DNA of 64,000 nt from Candidatus Methanosuratincola verstraetei (GCA_049570475.1 CP186953.1:1344001-1408000), one strand, 5' to 3'. Positions 9,134 to 19,245 are shown, counted from the first letter of the stretch. Notes: generated from the sequence alone by a model not told the origin. A program made the numbers and translations.

Positions 9134-10189
9134 TTGGTGGAGCGCCAGCTAACAATCTCAAGGGGCACAAAGCGATCGATTGTCAAGGCATTGCTGTCGG
9201 TGGTGCTGACGCTTGCCGTGACTTCGGTTGTCTTCCTGATTAACAACGTCAACCCAATCTTGGCATTCATCTACATGTTCCAGGGGGCGTTCGGCGACAT
9301 AAACCTCGCCTCTGAGACCATGATAAGGATGACCCCCATACTGATCGTCTCACTTGGCCTGGCAGTCTCTTTCAAGTGCAAGATATGGAACATCGGGGCA
9401 GAGGGTCAGCTCTACATAGGTGCGATGCTTGGCACCATCGCCGCGATCGGCATCGGCGGCGGTCCGCTGTCTTTGTTGGCTGCGCTGGTCGTCGGGGCGG
9501 TTGGCGGCCTCCTGTGGGCCGCAGGGCCTGCATTGATGAAGGTCAAGCTCGGAATCAACGAGGTGATAACAACATTCCTGATGAACTTTGTCGGGATCTA
9601 TCTTGTGCAGTGGATGATCTCCTACCCTTTCAGGAGCCCCGATACTTACTTCCCCGAATCCTCGGCAATACCATCCTCATCCGCGCTGGCAGTAATCCTG
9701 CCGGGGACCAGGCTCCACTTGGGCGTGGCCCTTGCCCTTGCACTTGTCCCTTTAGTCTATTTCCTCCTCGAGAGGACGACATTCGGGTACAAGGTGAAGG
9801 TAGTTGGGGAAAACCCTGAAGCAGCAAGGTACGGCGGGATGGAGATAGGCAAAGTGATCTTTGTTTCCCTTGTATTCAGCGGGCTGCTGGCAGGCCTCGC
9901 CGGAATTACTGAGGTGATGGGGATCCAGTTCAGGGTGAGGGGTTCGCTGTCGCCCGGATATGGATATACCGGCATAGTGGTGGCGCTGCTTGGTAACAAT
10001 AACCCCATAGGGGTCGCGCTTGCATCTCTCTTCTTGGCTGCCATAATGAACGGATCTTCGACGCTAGCCTGGACGATGAACATACCGATGGGGATAGTTG
10101 ACCTTATGCAGGGGCTCTTGTTCATATTCGTGCTCGCTTCTGAGCCGCTGGTGCGGTTCCTTGAGAGACGCGGGGTGCTGAAGCTATGA
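9134..10189 (+). CDS. ABC transporter permease (nucleoside type)
   Basis: WNIGAEGQ, GINEVITT, GENPEAARYGG and GYTGIVVALLG. Confidence 0.9.
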   Translation: MVERQLTISRGTKRSIVKALLSVVLTLAVTSVVFLINNVNPILAFIYMFQGAFGDINLASETMIRMTPILIVSLGLAVSFKCKIWNIGAEGQLYIGAMLGTIAAIGIGGGPLSLLAALVVGAVGGLLWAAGPALMKVKLGINEVITTFLMNFVGIYLVQWMISYPFRSPDTYFPESSAIPSSSALAVILPGTRLHLGVALALALVPLVYFLLERTTFGYKVKVVGENPEAARYGGMEIGKVIFVSLVFSGLLAGLAGITEVMGIQFRVRGSLSPGYGYTGIVVALLGNNNPIGVALASLFLAAIMNGSSTLAWTMNIPMGIVDLMQGLLFIFVLASEPLVRFLERRGVLKL

Positions 10190-11127
10190 TCGAGTTTTTA
10201 GCCTTGACAGGTCTGGCTGCCGCCACACTAAGGGTTGCTGCCCCGCTCCTGCTGGCCTCGCTCGGCGAGACAATCGCTGAGAGGGGTGGCATGCTGAACC
10301 TGGGGCTGCAGGGTGCAATGCTTGTGGGCGCATTCTCCGGCTTCATGGGTGCTTATTTCGCCGGTAGCCTCTGGATTGGGCTGATCTCAGCAATCATAGG
10401 CGGGATCCTGACCACCCTGCTCTTCGGCATTCTGGTGATAAATCTCGACCTGGATCAGGTGGTTTCCGGCCTGGCGATCAACCTACTCGCGAGCGGCCTA
10501 ACGCTTTACTTCACTAGGGTGCTCTTCACGGGTGGGGTTTCACCCTACCTGGGAGAACTCTTCGGGCCGATGCCGATCCCGTTCCTGTGCAATATGCCTG
10601 TTTTGGGGGAGGTCCTATTCACGCAGACTGGTTTCGTGTACCTGGGGCTGGTGTCCGTGCCTCTCATATACGTGCTTCTGACGAAGACATCATTTGGCCT
10701 CCGCCTCAGGTCAATTGGCGAGGACCCTGTAATAGCCTCCTACCTTGGCATAAATGTCGTGAAAATGAGGTATGCTGCGCTGCTTGCAGAGGGCATTCTT
10801 GCAGGATTGGCTGGCGGACTGCTGACTATATCGATGTTCAACACTTTTGACCCGAGGATAGTGGCTGCGAGGGGTTTTGTTGCGGTCTCGATAGTCATCC
10901 TGGGCAGGTGGAACCCTTGGGGGGCGCTCGCGGGATCGCTTCTCTTCGGATTCACAGAGGCCCTCTCTCTACGGATTGGAATAATATTCCCAGAGCTTTC
11001 TGGAGCCTCGATCAACCAGCTCTTCGCCCTGCTTCCGTATCTGGTTGCGCTCGTTGCGCTTGTCGTTGGCGGTAGAGGCGTCAGGGGCCCTGCCAGCCTG
11101 GGGAAGAGAATCGGGAGAGAGCGATGA
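10186..11127 (+). CDS. ABC transporter permease (nucleoside type)
   Basis: ERGGMLNLG, DQVVSGLAIN, GLRLRSIGEDP, GRWNP and LPY. Confidence 0.9.
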   Translation: MIEFLALTGLAAATLRVAAPLLLASLGETIAERGGMLNLGLQGAMLVGAFSGFMGAYFAGSLWIGLISAIIGGILTTLLFGILVINLDLDQVVSGLAINLLASGLTLYFTRVLFTGGVSPYLGELFGPMPIPFLCNMPVLGEVLFTQTGFVYLGLVSVPLIYVLLTKTSFGLRLRSIGEDPVIASYLGINVVKMRYAALLAEGILAGLAGGLLTISMFNTFDPRIVAARGFVAVSIVILGRWNPWGALAGSLLFGFTEALSLRIGIIFPELSGASINQLFALLPYLVALVALVVGGRGVRGPASLGKRIGRER

Positions 11128-11188
11128 TCTCTCCTTCTCTTCAAAACGTCGCTTTTCCCCATTTGGAAAAAAGAGGGAATAAAGAGAA

Positions 11189-12565
11189 TTAGGCGATTTC
11201 GAGACCCAAATCCGAGAGCTCTCTTGCCACTTTGTCGTAAAGATCTTGCCATTCTGCCTTGGGTCTGGCGGACGCCAAGTCATAGAGATCTTGGAACGTC
11301 TTGCCCTTGGGCGCCTTGAAGATGTCCAGCCTTTCCTCGTATCTCGGGAGTAGCTTGTTCAGGATCTCGTTCGCATCAGCCCTGCTCATTCCTGCCGCGG
11401 CAGCTGCAGCCTCCTTCAGCATCCTGGCCTCGAGCCCGGTGGAGTGGTCAACCAGCTTCCCGCCGCATGATCCGCAGCCCATCACGTTCATGCCTGCCAC
11501 CGATGCTGCGACCCCGCCCGCAGCCGCCTCTAGGAGTAGCATCTCCTCCCCAGGTCCGCTTGCGCAGTAGCAGTCATAGACGCTCATTATCTCAGAGTTC
11601 CTCGAGAGCGCCTGCCCGACCATGCTAATGGCCCAAAGGCCCGGACGATCCGTGCCGTTCAGGTTCTTCACGTTGGTAAGGCTGCAGTAATGGTAACTTG
11701 CGCTGTAGCAGACGGCTCCAGCGATATGCTCTGCCACATTCACTATTGCCGTCCCCTCAGGTCCGCCTGCGTAGCCTCCAAGGATTGGGGTCATCAGGTT
11801 GCCGATATGGATCCCGTAGCTCTGTAGGTGCTCCACGAGCGAGAGGTGCTGGAGGCTGGTCTTGAGCTCAATCATCTGGGAGACTATTATGCCGTCGCTC
11901 GGCCTCAACCCGTATGCAGGGTCCAGTGCGCAAAGCTTTGCCTCGGGGCTGACGACTGCAACGTCGTTTATGTGCATCCCTGGCCTTCCTGCCTGGCTTA
12001 TCGCCTCCCTCGCCCACCTGGCCAGGAGCCGCGCCGCCCTGAACTCCTGCGGCGTCCCCTTCCTTATCTTGAAGCCGTCTATTGTGGCCAGCGTCCCTGC
12101 ACCCAGGGAGTCTATTACCTCCTCCTGCGCGAAGCTCCGCAATGTCTTAACGTAGATCTCACCCTCTGTGCAGAGCGTGCCCGTCGGGCCAGCATGTATC
12201 ACAGGAGGCCGAGGATCCTCGACCCGCCTCATGTTCATCACGATTGCGTCCTTGCCCGAACCGAGCAGGATGCTCTCGGGGAGCGACCTCAGTACCATCT
12301 TTATCTCGCCCTCTTCGAACATGATTGTTCGCTTCGTGGTCTGGCAGTAGAACCCCATCTCGAGCAGGAGCCTCATCGCCGCCTCGTACACGTCGTCTGC
12401 CACAGAGTCATCGGTGCAGACTGGCTGCTTCGGGTCGTACCTTATGTCGTATTCCTTGACCAGCTCCTTCGTCCTCTTCATCAGCTTCATGTCAAAGTCC
12501 TTCTCATCCATGAACGGGCCCTCTAGAGCCCTCTTGGTCACTTCATCTAGCCTGTAAGTCTTCAT
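11189..12565 (-). CDS. mtmB: MtmB-family methyltransferase, pyrrolysine-free (copy 2)
   Basis: GFYCQTTKR, GPTG, AGRPGM, ELK, PILGGYAGGPE, TGLEARM and APKGKTFQDLYD match MtmB. 458 aa with no in-frame UAG. Confidence 0.88.
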   Translation of the reverse strand: MKTYRLDEVTKRALEGPFMDEKDFDMKLMKRTKELVKEYDIRYDPKQPVCTDDSVADDVYEAAMRLLLEMGFYCQTTKRTIMFEEGEIKMVLRSLPESILLGSGKDAIVMNMRRVEDPRPPVIHAGPTGTLCTEGEIYVKTLRSFAQEEVIDSLGAGTLATIDGFKIRKGTPQEFRAARLLARWAREAISQAGRPGMHINDVAVVSPEAKLCALDPAYGLRPSDGIIVSQMIELKTSLQHLSLVEHLQSYGIHIGNLMTPILGGYAGGPEGTAIVNVAEHIAGAVCYSASYHYCSLTNVKNLNGTDRPGLWAISMVGQALSRNSEIMSVYDCYCASGPGEEMLLLEAAAGGVAASVAGMNVMGCGSCGGKLVDHSTGLEARMLKEAAAAAAGMSRADANEILNKLLPRYEERLDIFKAPKGKTFQDLYDLASARPKAEWQDLYDKVARELSDLGLEIA

Positions 12566-12579
12566 TTCATACCACCTGT

Positions 12580-13947
12580 TCAGAACTCCAGTCCGGTCAT
12601 TTCCGAGATCTCTTTTTTCATCTTAAGGTAAGTCGCATTCCACTCTGGCTTGGGGATCACCCTTCCCACGTCATAGAGCTCCGGGAATGGCTTGCCGATG
12701 TCGGGCTTTCCTTGCTTCTCTGCGTACCTCTTCGCAAGCTCGACGACGATTGCATTGGCTGACTTGCGATTGAGTTTCGATCTCACCGCTGCATGCGCCA
12801 CCTCTGCCATGAACCTGGTCTCGAGCCCAGTCGCATGCGGGTACTTCCCGTTGGTGGCTGAGACCCCTAGCGGGTGGCTCCCTGTCACTACATTCGTAAT
12901 CGTGTTCGCTGCTGTCTCATAGAACACCATCTCGCTCCCGGCGCCAGCCGAAGTCCAAACGTCCCCCATAATTATGAATGGGGCATTCCTTGCCATTGCC
13001 TGGCCCACGATGTTCAAGTTCCACATGCACTCTGGTGCACTTGTGCTCATGTACCTGAAGTGGATTGGGTGGCAAACATGGAAGTCCGAACCGTACATGG
13101 CCCTGCCGAGAAGGAATGAGGCAACAAAGCAGACTGCCACCCCCTCCGGACCGCCTGCGTAGCCCCCTATGATCGGATCGACCAATGTCACATTGTGCGC
13201 CCCATACTCGTAGAAGTTAACTACCTTGGAGATCCTGTCGAAGTCCGTCTTCAGCTCGTTCAGCAGCGCTACAAGGTGCGAGTCCGTCCTCCTCATGTAC
13301 CTCTCGCTGGCTATCGCAAGGTCGCCCATTGCCGAGACGCTGCTCTCTGCAGCAATGAAGCTGATGCCAGGCCTCCCTGCGCGCCTGGCGGCCTCCCTGA
13401 GCATTGACAGCTCCCTCCTTGTGGCCTGTATCTCGAGGGGCGTCTTTGTCCTGACCTTCCTCCCCTCGACCACCGCGAGCCCTCCGTTGTTGATCATGTC
13501 GACTAGGGGCTCCTTCATGTAGGATATCGCCATCGGGAGGTACCACTCCTCAGGTATGGCTGCCCCGGCCTGGCCCCCGCAGATTATCGGGGATCGCTCG
13601 TCCTCGATCCCCCTGGCGTAGAGAATCCTGGAATCCTTGTTCTGCCCGATGATGAGCCTCCTTGGGGCCGAGATTATGCCCTCCTTCAGCTCATACTCTT
13701 CGAACTTGACGACCCTCTTGGTGTCGATGCAGTATATTCCGGACTCGAGCGCCAGCCTCAGCCCTGCCTCGAAGACGTCGTCCGCGAGCGAATCGTCCGA
13801 GGTGATTATCTGCTTCGGGTCGTACCTTATGTCGTATTCCTTGACCAGCTCCTTGCACTTCTTGGCGACGATCTTTAGGTCGAAGTCCGTCTCTTCCATG
13901 TAAGTTCCTGTTTCAGCCCTGTCGATTACTTCCCAGATTGAGGTCAT
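12580..13947 (-). CDS. mtmB: MtmB-family methyltransferase, pyrrolysine-free (copy 1)
   Basis: GIYCIDTKR, AGRPG, DSHLVALLNELK, PIIGGYAGGPE and TGLETRFM. No in-frame UAG. Confidence 0.88.
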   Translation of the reverse strand: MTSIWEVIDRAETGTYMEETDFDLKIVAKKCKELVKEYDIRYDPKQIITSDDSLADDVFEAGLRLALESGIYCIDTKRVVKFEEYELKEGIISAPRRLIIGQNKDSRILYARGIEDERSPIICGGQAGAAIPEEWYLPMAISYMKEPLVDMINNGGLAVVEGRKVRTKTPLEIQATRRELSMLREAARRAGRPGISFIAAESSVSAMGDLAIASERYMRRTDSHLVALLNELKTDFDRISKVVNFYEYGAHNVTLVDPIIGGYAGGPEGVAVCFVASFLLGRAMYGSDFHVCHPIHFRYMSTSAPECMWNLNIVGQAMARNAPFIIMGDVWTSAGAGSEMVFYETAANTITNVVTGSHPLGVSATNGKYPHATGLETRFMAEVAHAAVRSKLNRKSANAIVVELAKRYAEKQGKPDIGKPFPELYDVGRVIPKPEWNATYLKMKKEISEMTGLEF

Positions 13948-14603
13948 GGGGCACCTCTCCTCTGGAGGAGCTCCTTTGCCACCTTGACCGCCTCGTCCCC
14001 GTCGTCACCGTACCCGTCGGCGCCGATCGAGGCTGCCCATTCGCGCGTAACTGGACCTCCGCCGACCATCACCAGGTACTTCTCCCTTATCCCTCTCTCT
14101 TTAAGGAGCGAGATGAGGTCCTCCATGTATGGCATCGAGGTCGAGAGGAGCGTGGAGGCGCAGATGAAGTCAGCCTTGACCTCCTCTGCCTTCTTTATCA
14201 GCTCGTCTATCGGGACATCCCTGCCCAAGTCATAAACCTCAAAACCGTTGGCTCTCATCAGCATCGCGACGATGTTCTTGCCTATGTCATGAATGTCCCC
14301 GGTGATGGTGGCGATAACGACCTTGCTCTTGACAGTGGCTTTGCCCCGCTTTAGCGCCTCGGGCTCGAGCACTGCCAGGGCCGATTTCATCGCCTCTGCT
14401 GCAAGCATCACCTCGGGGAGATATATCTTGAGCTGGCTGAAATCGTCTCCAACCCTGCTCATCCCTTTCATGAGCCCCTCATTTATTGCCTTTAGGGGCT
14501 CGATCCCTGCTTCAAGGATCTTCTTAGATAGCTCTACTGCCTTGGCATCATCTCCCGCGTAGACGGCGTTCGCCAATTCCTCGAATAACTGTGCTTCGCT
14601 CAT
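13944..14603 (-). CDS. Methyltransferase cognate corrinoid protein (MtmC-like)
   Basis: Cap domain LPEVMLAA, B12-binding GDIHDIGKN, DLGRDVP and VGGGPV. Probable start MSEAQ at 14603. Confidence 0.93.
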   Translation of the reverse strand: MSEAQLFEELANAVYAGDDAKAVELSKKILEAGIEPLKAINEGLMKGMSRVGDDFSQLKIYLPEVMLAAEAMKSALAVLEPEALKRGKATVKSKVVIATITGDIHDIGKNIVAMLMRANGFEVYDLGRDVPIDELIKKAEEVKADFICASTLLSTSMPYMEDLISLLKERGIREKYLVMVGGGPVTREWAASIGADGYGDDGDEAVKVAKELLQRRGAP

Positions 14604-14734
14604 TGGATAAAACCTCACTTGAAGTCGTCTTCGGCTGTTTTAATACTTTTTCGGTTTTCTTGCAAAATGCAGGCTTCTTGGGATAGCGTTGGCATTAATT
14701 GATAAAAAAAATAAAAGAGGCAGGCTTGTTGCTT

Positions 14735-16615
14735 CTAGCAGCTTATCCCGCTCTTGTTCAGGCAGTCCGCTACGTCCTCGAGACCCATCCTGACGAGCTT
14801 CTCCCTTGTGGGCACGCCAGTCTTCGGGTCCCATCCCTTGAGCGCATAGAAGTCGTCGAGCATCTTGTTGAGCGTCGGCTCGTCTGTGTACATTCCCTGT
14901 GATGGGCCCTCCGGTATCGGCTCCTCCAGGAATCTCCTCGGGAGCGTGTCGTCCTTCCTCCTTATCCCTGTCCTGACATTGAAAGCCCTCTCCAGGTCCA
15001 GAATCCGCTCGGCGACTGTTGTGAGCTCCTCTAAGGTGTAGCCGAACCCTGTGACGGGGTTTATCATGTCCACCCATTTCTGGGTGAGCGTGAACCCGAG
15101 CAGCCTCTCAAGGAAGTGGCAGTTCACTAGGCTGTCCCCGATTGTGGTCATCTGCTGCGTGCCTATGACCCACGCTGCCTTGCCCTCGACAGCCTTCCTG
15201 TCAGAGGCTCCGGCGTACTCGCCTGTGGGCCTGGGGTCATGGTGGCTGCCTCCCCTGGTCGCAGTCGAGTATCCAAGCGCCATGCCCCTCAGAGCCCTTG
15301 CGGAGTGCCCAGGTATCTCGAGCCCCTTGACCTGGATTGCGAAACGCTCCGATCCGCCTCCGATGATTCTGGCTGCCCTCAGGGAGCCCTCTGCCATCAG
15401 GTTCCCTATACCTTCCCTCTTTGCTGTCTTCTCGATGTATGCGATCATTGCGTCGTCGTTGCCGAACTTGAACTCCACGCCGTCCGTGTTCTCCTTGGTT
15501 ATTAATCCCTTCTCGTACGCCTCCATCAGGAACGAGAGCATCACACCATAGGTCACAGTGTCCATGCCCCACTCGTCGCAGAGGCTGTCTCCCTTGATTA
15601 TCGCGCCTAGGTCGTCGATTCCGCACATCGACCCTAGCGAGTAGATCGTCTCGTACTCCGGCCCCTCAGATATGGCGCCCTTCCACTTGCCCGACTTCGC
15701 TGAGAAGACCTTGCTGCAGGCGATCGGGCACGCCGGGCACGCCGTGTCCTTGTCCCAGAACTCCTTCTTCAGCCTCTCTCCTGAGATGTTCTCCCAGTTC
15801 TGGAAGAACTCTGTCTGGTGGTTGTAGGATCCCATCGCACCCAGCATCTTGCCTATGCTGGCGACAAGCGCCGGAGTCCCGTATGTCGGGAGGCCAACCG
15901 CTATTCCAGGCACCTTCTTTGCCTCCTCCTTGTACCACTGCATCCATGCTTCGTAGGCCTCTGGATCCGCAACCTCGTTGGTGCCGGAGCCCCTCACTGC
16001 TATCGCCTTGAGCTTCTTGGAGCCTAGGACCGCGCCGACGCCTCCCCTGCCCGCCGCCCTGTACTCTGTGATAACGCAGGCATACCTCACCAGGTTCTCT
16101 CCAGCCGGGCCTATCGCAGAGACGCAGAGGTCCGGGTCGCCCACCTCCTCCTTTATCATCTCCTGGGTCTCCCCGGTCAGCTTCCCCCACAGCCTCTCGG
16201 CAGACCTGAACTCGACCTTCCCGTCCTCGACGAAGAGATATGTCGGCTTGTCGGCCTTACCTGTGATCAGGAAGCCGTCATACCCTGCGTATTTTATCTG
16301 GGCGCCGATGAAACCTCCACTAACGCTGTCGAAATAGCCGTTAGTCAACGGCGATTTGGTGGCCATGTAGTACTTGCCCGCGGTCGGGGAGTTGATCCCC
16401 TGGAATGGCCCGGTCATCATCGCCACGACATTCGTCACATCGAACGCATCCATCCGTGGGTCGACCATGTCAAAGAGGTACCTCACCGCGAACCCGTTGC
16501 CCCCGATGTATTTCCTGGCGAATTCGTCCGTCACATCTATGGTGTTAGTCTTCTTGGTGGTCAGGTTAATTGCCAAAACTTTGCCTTTATACCCGCTGTA
16601 CTTCATCATGATCAC
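14735..16615 (-). CDS. Aldehyde:ferredoxin oxidoreductase (W/Mo-pterin)
   Basis: KSPLT, IGPAGEN, AGRGGVGAVLGSKKLKA, CxxCxxxC, GPEYET, DEWGMD and DDTLPRRF. Confidence 0.93.
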   Translation of the reverse strand: MIMMKYSGYKGKVLAINLTTKKTNTIDVTDEFARKYIGGNGFAVRYLFDMVDPRMDAFDVTNVVAMMTGPFQGINSPTAGKYYMATKSPLTNGYFDSVSGGFIGAQIKYAGYDGFLITGKADKPTYLFVEDGKVEFRSAERLWGKLTGETQEMIKEEVGDPDLCVSAIGPAGENLVRYACVITEYRAAGRGGVGAVLGSKKLKAIAVRGSGTNEVADPEAYEAWMQWYKEEAKKVPGIAVGLPTYGTPALVASIGKMLGAMGSYNHQTEFFQNWENISGERLKKEFWDKDTACPACPIACSKVFSAKSGKWKGAISEGPEYETIYSLGSMCGIDDLGAIIKGDSLCDEWGMDTVTYGVMLSFLMEAYEKGLITKENTDGVEFKFGNDDAMIAYIEKTAKREGIGNLMAEGSLRAARIIGGGSERFAIQVKGLEIPGHSARALRGMALGYSTATRGGSHHDPRPTGEYAGASDRKAVEGKAAWVIGTQQMTTIGDSLVNCHFLERLLGFTLTQKWVDMINPVTGFGYTLEELTTVAERILDLERAFNVRTGIRRKDDTLPRRFLEEPIPEGPSQGMYTDEPTLNKMLDDFYALKGWDPKTGVPTREKLVRMGLEDVADCLNKSGISC

Positions 16616-17052
16616 TTCCTTACCTCAGGCAACCATACGAGCGTTAGGGCTCCCTTTGGGCAGTCCTTGACGCAGCTCGGATCCCCGTCGCAGAGATCGC
16701 ATATTATTGGCAGCTTGGTCTCCGGGTGGAGCTTTATCCCGTGGAACGGGCAAGCCTTCACACAATCGCCGCATGAATTGCATAGCTTAGGATCCACAAC
16801 GATGTTCCCGCCCTTGTAGGAGAGTGCCTTAGTAGGGCAGGCGGTTATGCAGAAGCGCTTCTCGCACCTAGTGCAAATGTGACACTTGAACATCAGTGGA
16901 CCCTTCCTGATTATCGTTATTCGCGAGATCGAGTCCCCGAACTTCTTGTAATGGTATTTCGAGCAACTCAACTCGCATATCTTGCAGAACGCGCATTTCT
17001 TTATGTCAAACCTTATCAAGGGCTTCTTTTCTTGTGCCACAACAACGCTCAT
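16612..17052 (-). CDS. Polyferredoxin (4Fe-4S dicluster) AOR partner subunit
   Basis: Four Cys clusters (CAFCKICELSC, CTRC..C..ACP, CNSCGDCVKACP, CDLCDGDPSCVKDCP). Overlaps the AOR start. Confidence 0.9.
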   Translation of the reverse strand: MSVVVAQEKKPLIRFDIKKCAFCKICELSCSKYHYKKFGDSISRITIIRKGPLMFKCHICTRCEKRFCITACPTKALSYKGGNIVVDPKLCNSCGDCVKACPFHGIKLHPETKLPIICDLCDGDPSCVKDCPKGALTLVWLPEVRK

Positions 17053-17178
17053 AGAGATCCCATGCCTTGTCTTCGATTAAAAGTCAAGTATTACTTATTC
17101 CTTTTGTATAAATGGCTTATAGGGACAGTGAAAGGGTTTTTAAAAGCCTTGAGCCATATATGAATATGGAGGAACTTT

Positions 17179-18420
17179 TTGATGGATAAACCTTGGATGA
17201 CTTCCAAATGGTTTGTGAGCCCATTCAACTATGACAGCTCGATGGTCCCCACGCCACCAGGCATCAAGAAGGTTGAGTTCCATGATGTGACACTCAGGGA
17301 TGGGGAACAGCAGGCAGGGGTCGTATTCACGAAATACGACAAGATAGCGATAGGGAGATCCCTCAACAGGGCCGGCGTGGACAGGGTTGAAGTTGGGACG
17401 CCTGGATTCTCCTCGGAGGATCGCGAGGCGCTCCGTGCGTTGGTCGCCGCTTCCCTCGAATGCAAGCTCTTCTCTTGGTGCAGGAACAACCGGCTGGACA
17501 TATCCGCGGCGAAGGACTGCGAGAGCTGGGGTGTCACGATTGAGATCCCTGCAAGCGAGGTGATGATGAAGGGGAGCTACTCAACCACCTTGGAGGAAGT
17601 CGTATCAAAGACCGCGGAGAATGCCGCATACGCGAAATCCGAGGGGATGCGAGTCGTACTCCTCCTCGTGGATTCGACCAGATCGGACTTGGACCTTCTG
17701 AAGAAGATAATCTCTGGAACCGAAAAATACTGCGACTCGTTCGCCCTCTCCGACTCTTTCGGCGCGATACTCCCAATGGCCATGTATGGGTTCGTCAAGA
17801 AAGTGCGCGAGATGACCGCGAAGCCTATTGAAGTGCATTGCCACAACGATTTTGGGATGGCTACAGCGAACACCTTGGCAGGAGTAGCAGCAGGGGCATC
17901 GGCTGTACATGTCACCGTTAATGGGATGGGTGAGAGGGCCGGCAACACCTCACTGAGCGAGGTGGCGCTCGGACTTAAGTTGCTTATGGGAATCGACTCA
18001 AATATCAAGCTGGGGGAGCTTTACCGCCTCTGCAAGCTTGTGGCGGACATCTCTGGCTTCCCGATCCCTATGAATAAGCCGATAGTAGGCGCAAATGTAT
18101 TCAACATCGAGTCCGCCCAGTCAGCGCAGTGGACGCCCAAGGCAGAGGAAGGGTATCTATCGTACCCGTTTGCTTTCGATCTCGTGGGCCACCCTGAACC
18201 GCGGATAATCCTGAGCAAGAAGAGCGGACCTTACAACCTTGACCTCAAGCTCAAGGAACTTGGTCTAGACATCCCGAGGGAGCGGTACCCCGAGATCCTC
18301 GGAAGGGTATATGAGATCTCACTGCAGAAGAGAGGCGCCGTCTCAGACGAAGAATTCCTTGAAATCCTCCAGGACCTCGGACTGTACAGGTATAAGCAGG
18401 AGGATCTGATGAGGGCATAG
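17179..18420 (+). CDS. DRE-TIM metallolyase (homocitrate/isopropylmalate/citramalate synthase family), no LeuA regulatory domain
   Basis: DVTLRDGEQ, HCHNDFGMATAN, NGMGERAGN and NKPIVG. Confidence 0.85.
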   Translation: MMDKPWMTSKWFVSPFNYDSSMVPTPPGIKKVEFHDVTLRDGEQQAGVVFTKYDKIAIGRSLNRAGVDRVEVGTPGFSSEDREALRALVAASLECKLFSWCRNNRLDISAAKDCESWGVTIEIPASEVMMKGSYSTTLEEVVSKTAENAAYAKSEGMRVVLLLVDSTRSDLDLLKKIISGTEKYCDSFALSDSFGAILPMAMYGFVKKVREMTAKPIEVHCHNDFGMATANTLAGVAAGASAVHVTVNGMGERAGNTSLSEVALGLKLLMGIDSNIKLGELYRLCKLVADISGFPIPMNKPIVGANVFNIESAQSAQWTPKAEEGYLSYPFAFDLVGHPEPRIILSKKSGPYNLDLKLKELGLDIPRERYPEILGRVYEISLQKRGAVSDEEFLEILQDLGLYRYKQEDLMRA

Positions 18421-18459
18421 GAAACAATAATTTAATCACCTTTTTTATTTTGTTGAACC

Positions 18460-19245
18460 ATGAAGATATTCAAGGACGGAATTACAGTCGGGGCGCACCC
18501 TGCATTATTCCTCCCCAAGTATGGAACACTGGTTATCGCAGACCTCCACATAGGGTACGAGAGCTCCCTGGGTCAGAAAGGAGTCTTCCTGCCCCAGAAC
18601 TCCTATACCGCCATGCGCAATAGGATCGAAGAGCTGCTCAGGGCTACAGGCGCCAAGAAACTGGCGATTCTAGGGGACTTGAAACATGAATTCGGGAAGC
18701 CCTCACCACAGGAGTGGGTTGAGGTCAAAGACCTGCTCGAAACACTTGGGGCTATGGGTGTGGAGACCCATGTGGTGCGCGGCAACCACGACAACTACGT
18801 CATCGCTATTCTTTCAAGGTATGGCGTCCACCTGCACGAGCATTTTCTGATGATGGACCACATCGTGCTTACGCACGGACATTTGGAGATGGATCTGCCT
18901 GAGAATGCCAAAGTCATCTTAATCGGCCACGAGCACCCTGCAGTCTCTTCATTGGACTCCTCGGGCGCCAGATACAAGTTCAAGTGCTTCCTTGTCGGGA
19001 AGTGCAGGGGCAAGCGGCTCGTGGTGCTGCCTGCATTTTCCCCACTTTCGGCAGGCTCCGGGATAAATGAGATAGATCGTGAGGATTTGCTATCTCCTTA
19101 CCTGCGAAAATCAGACATAGATGAATTCGTGCCGCTCGCGGTGGAGGACGGAATAGGCATTTTCCGTTTCCCTCCAATCGGAGTGATGCGCAGGATCCGT
19201 AAGGGGGACAGGGCTAACGGCCAGGGCAGGAATCAGTATATATAA
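18460..19245 (+). CDS. Calcineurin-like metallophosphoesterase (COG1407-like)
   Basis: ADLHIGYE, GDLKH, GNHD, HGH, GHEHP and LPAFS. Confidence 0.9.
   Translation: MKIFKDGITVGAHPALFLPKYGTLVIADLHIGYESSLGQKGVFLPQNSYTAMRNRIEELLRATGAKKLAILGDLKHEFGKPSPQEWVEVKDLLETLGAMGVETHVVRGNHDNYVIAILSRYGVHLHEHFLMMDHIVLTHGHLEMDLPENAKVILIGHEHPAVSSLDSSGARYKFKCFLVGKCRGKRLVVLPAFSPLSAGSGINEIDREDLLSPYLRKSDIDEFVPLAVEDGIGIFRFPPIGVMRRIRKGDRANGQGRNQYI

Noticed and set aside
11189-13947. Pyrrolysine (UAG) readthrough in mtmB genes
   Set aside because: Both ORFs are full length without an internal amber codon; the Pyl position is Asn or Ile.
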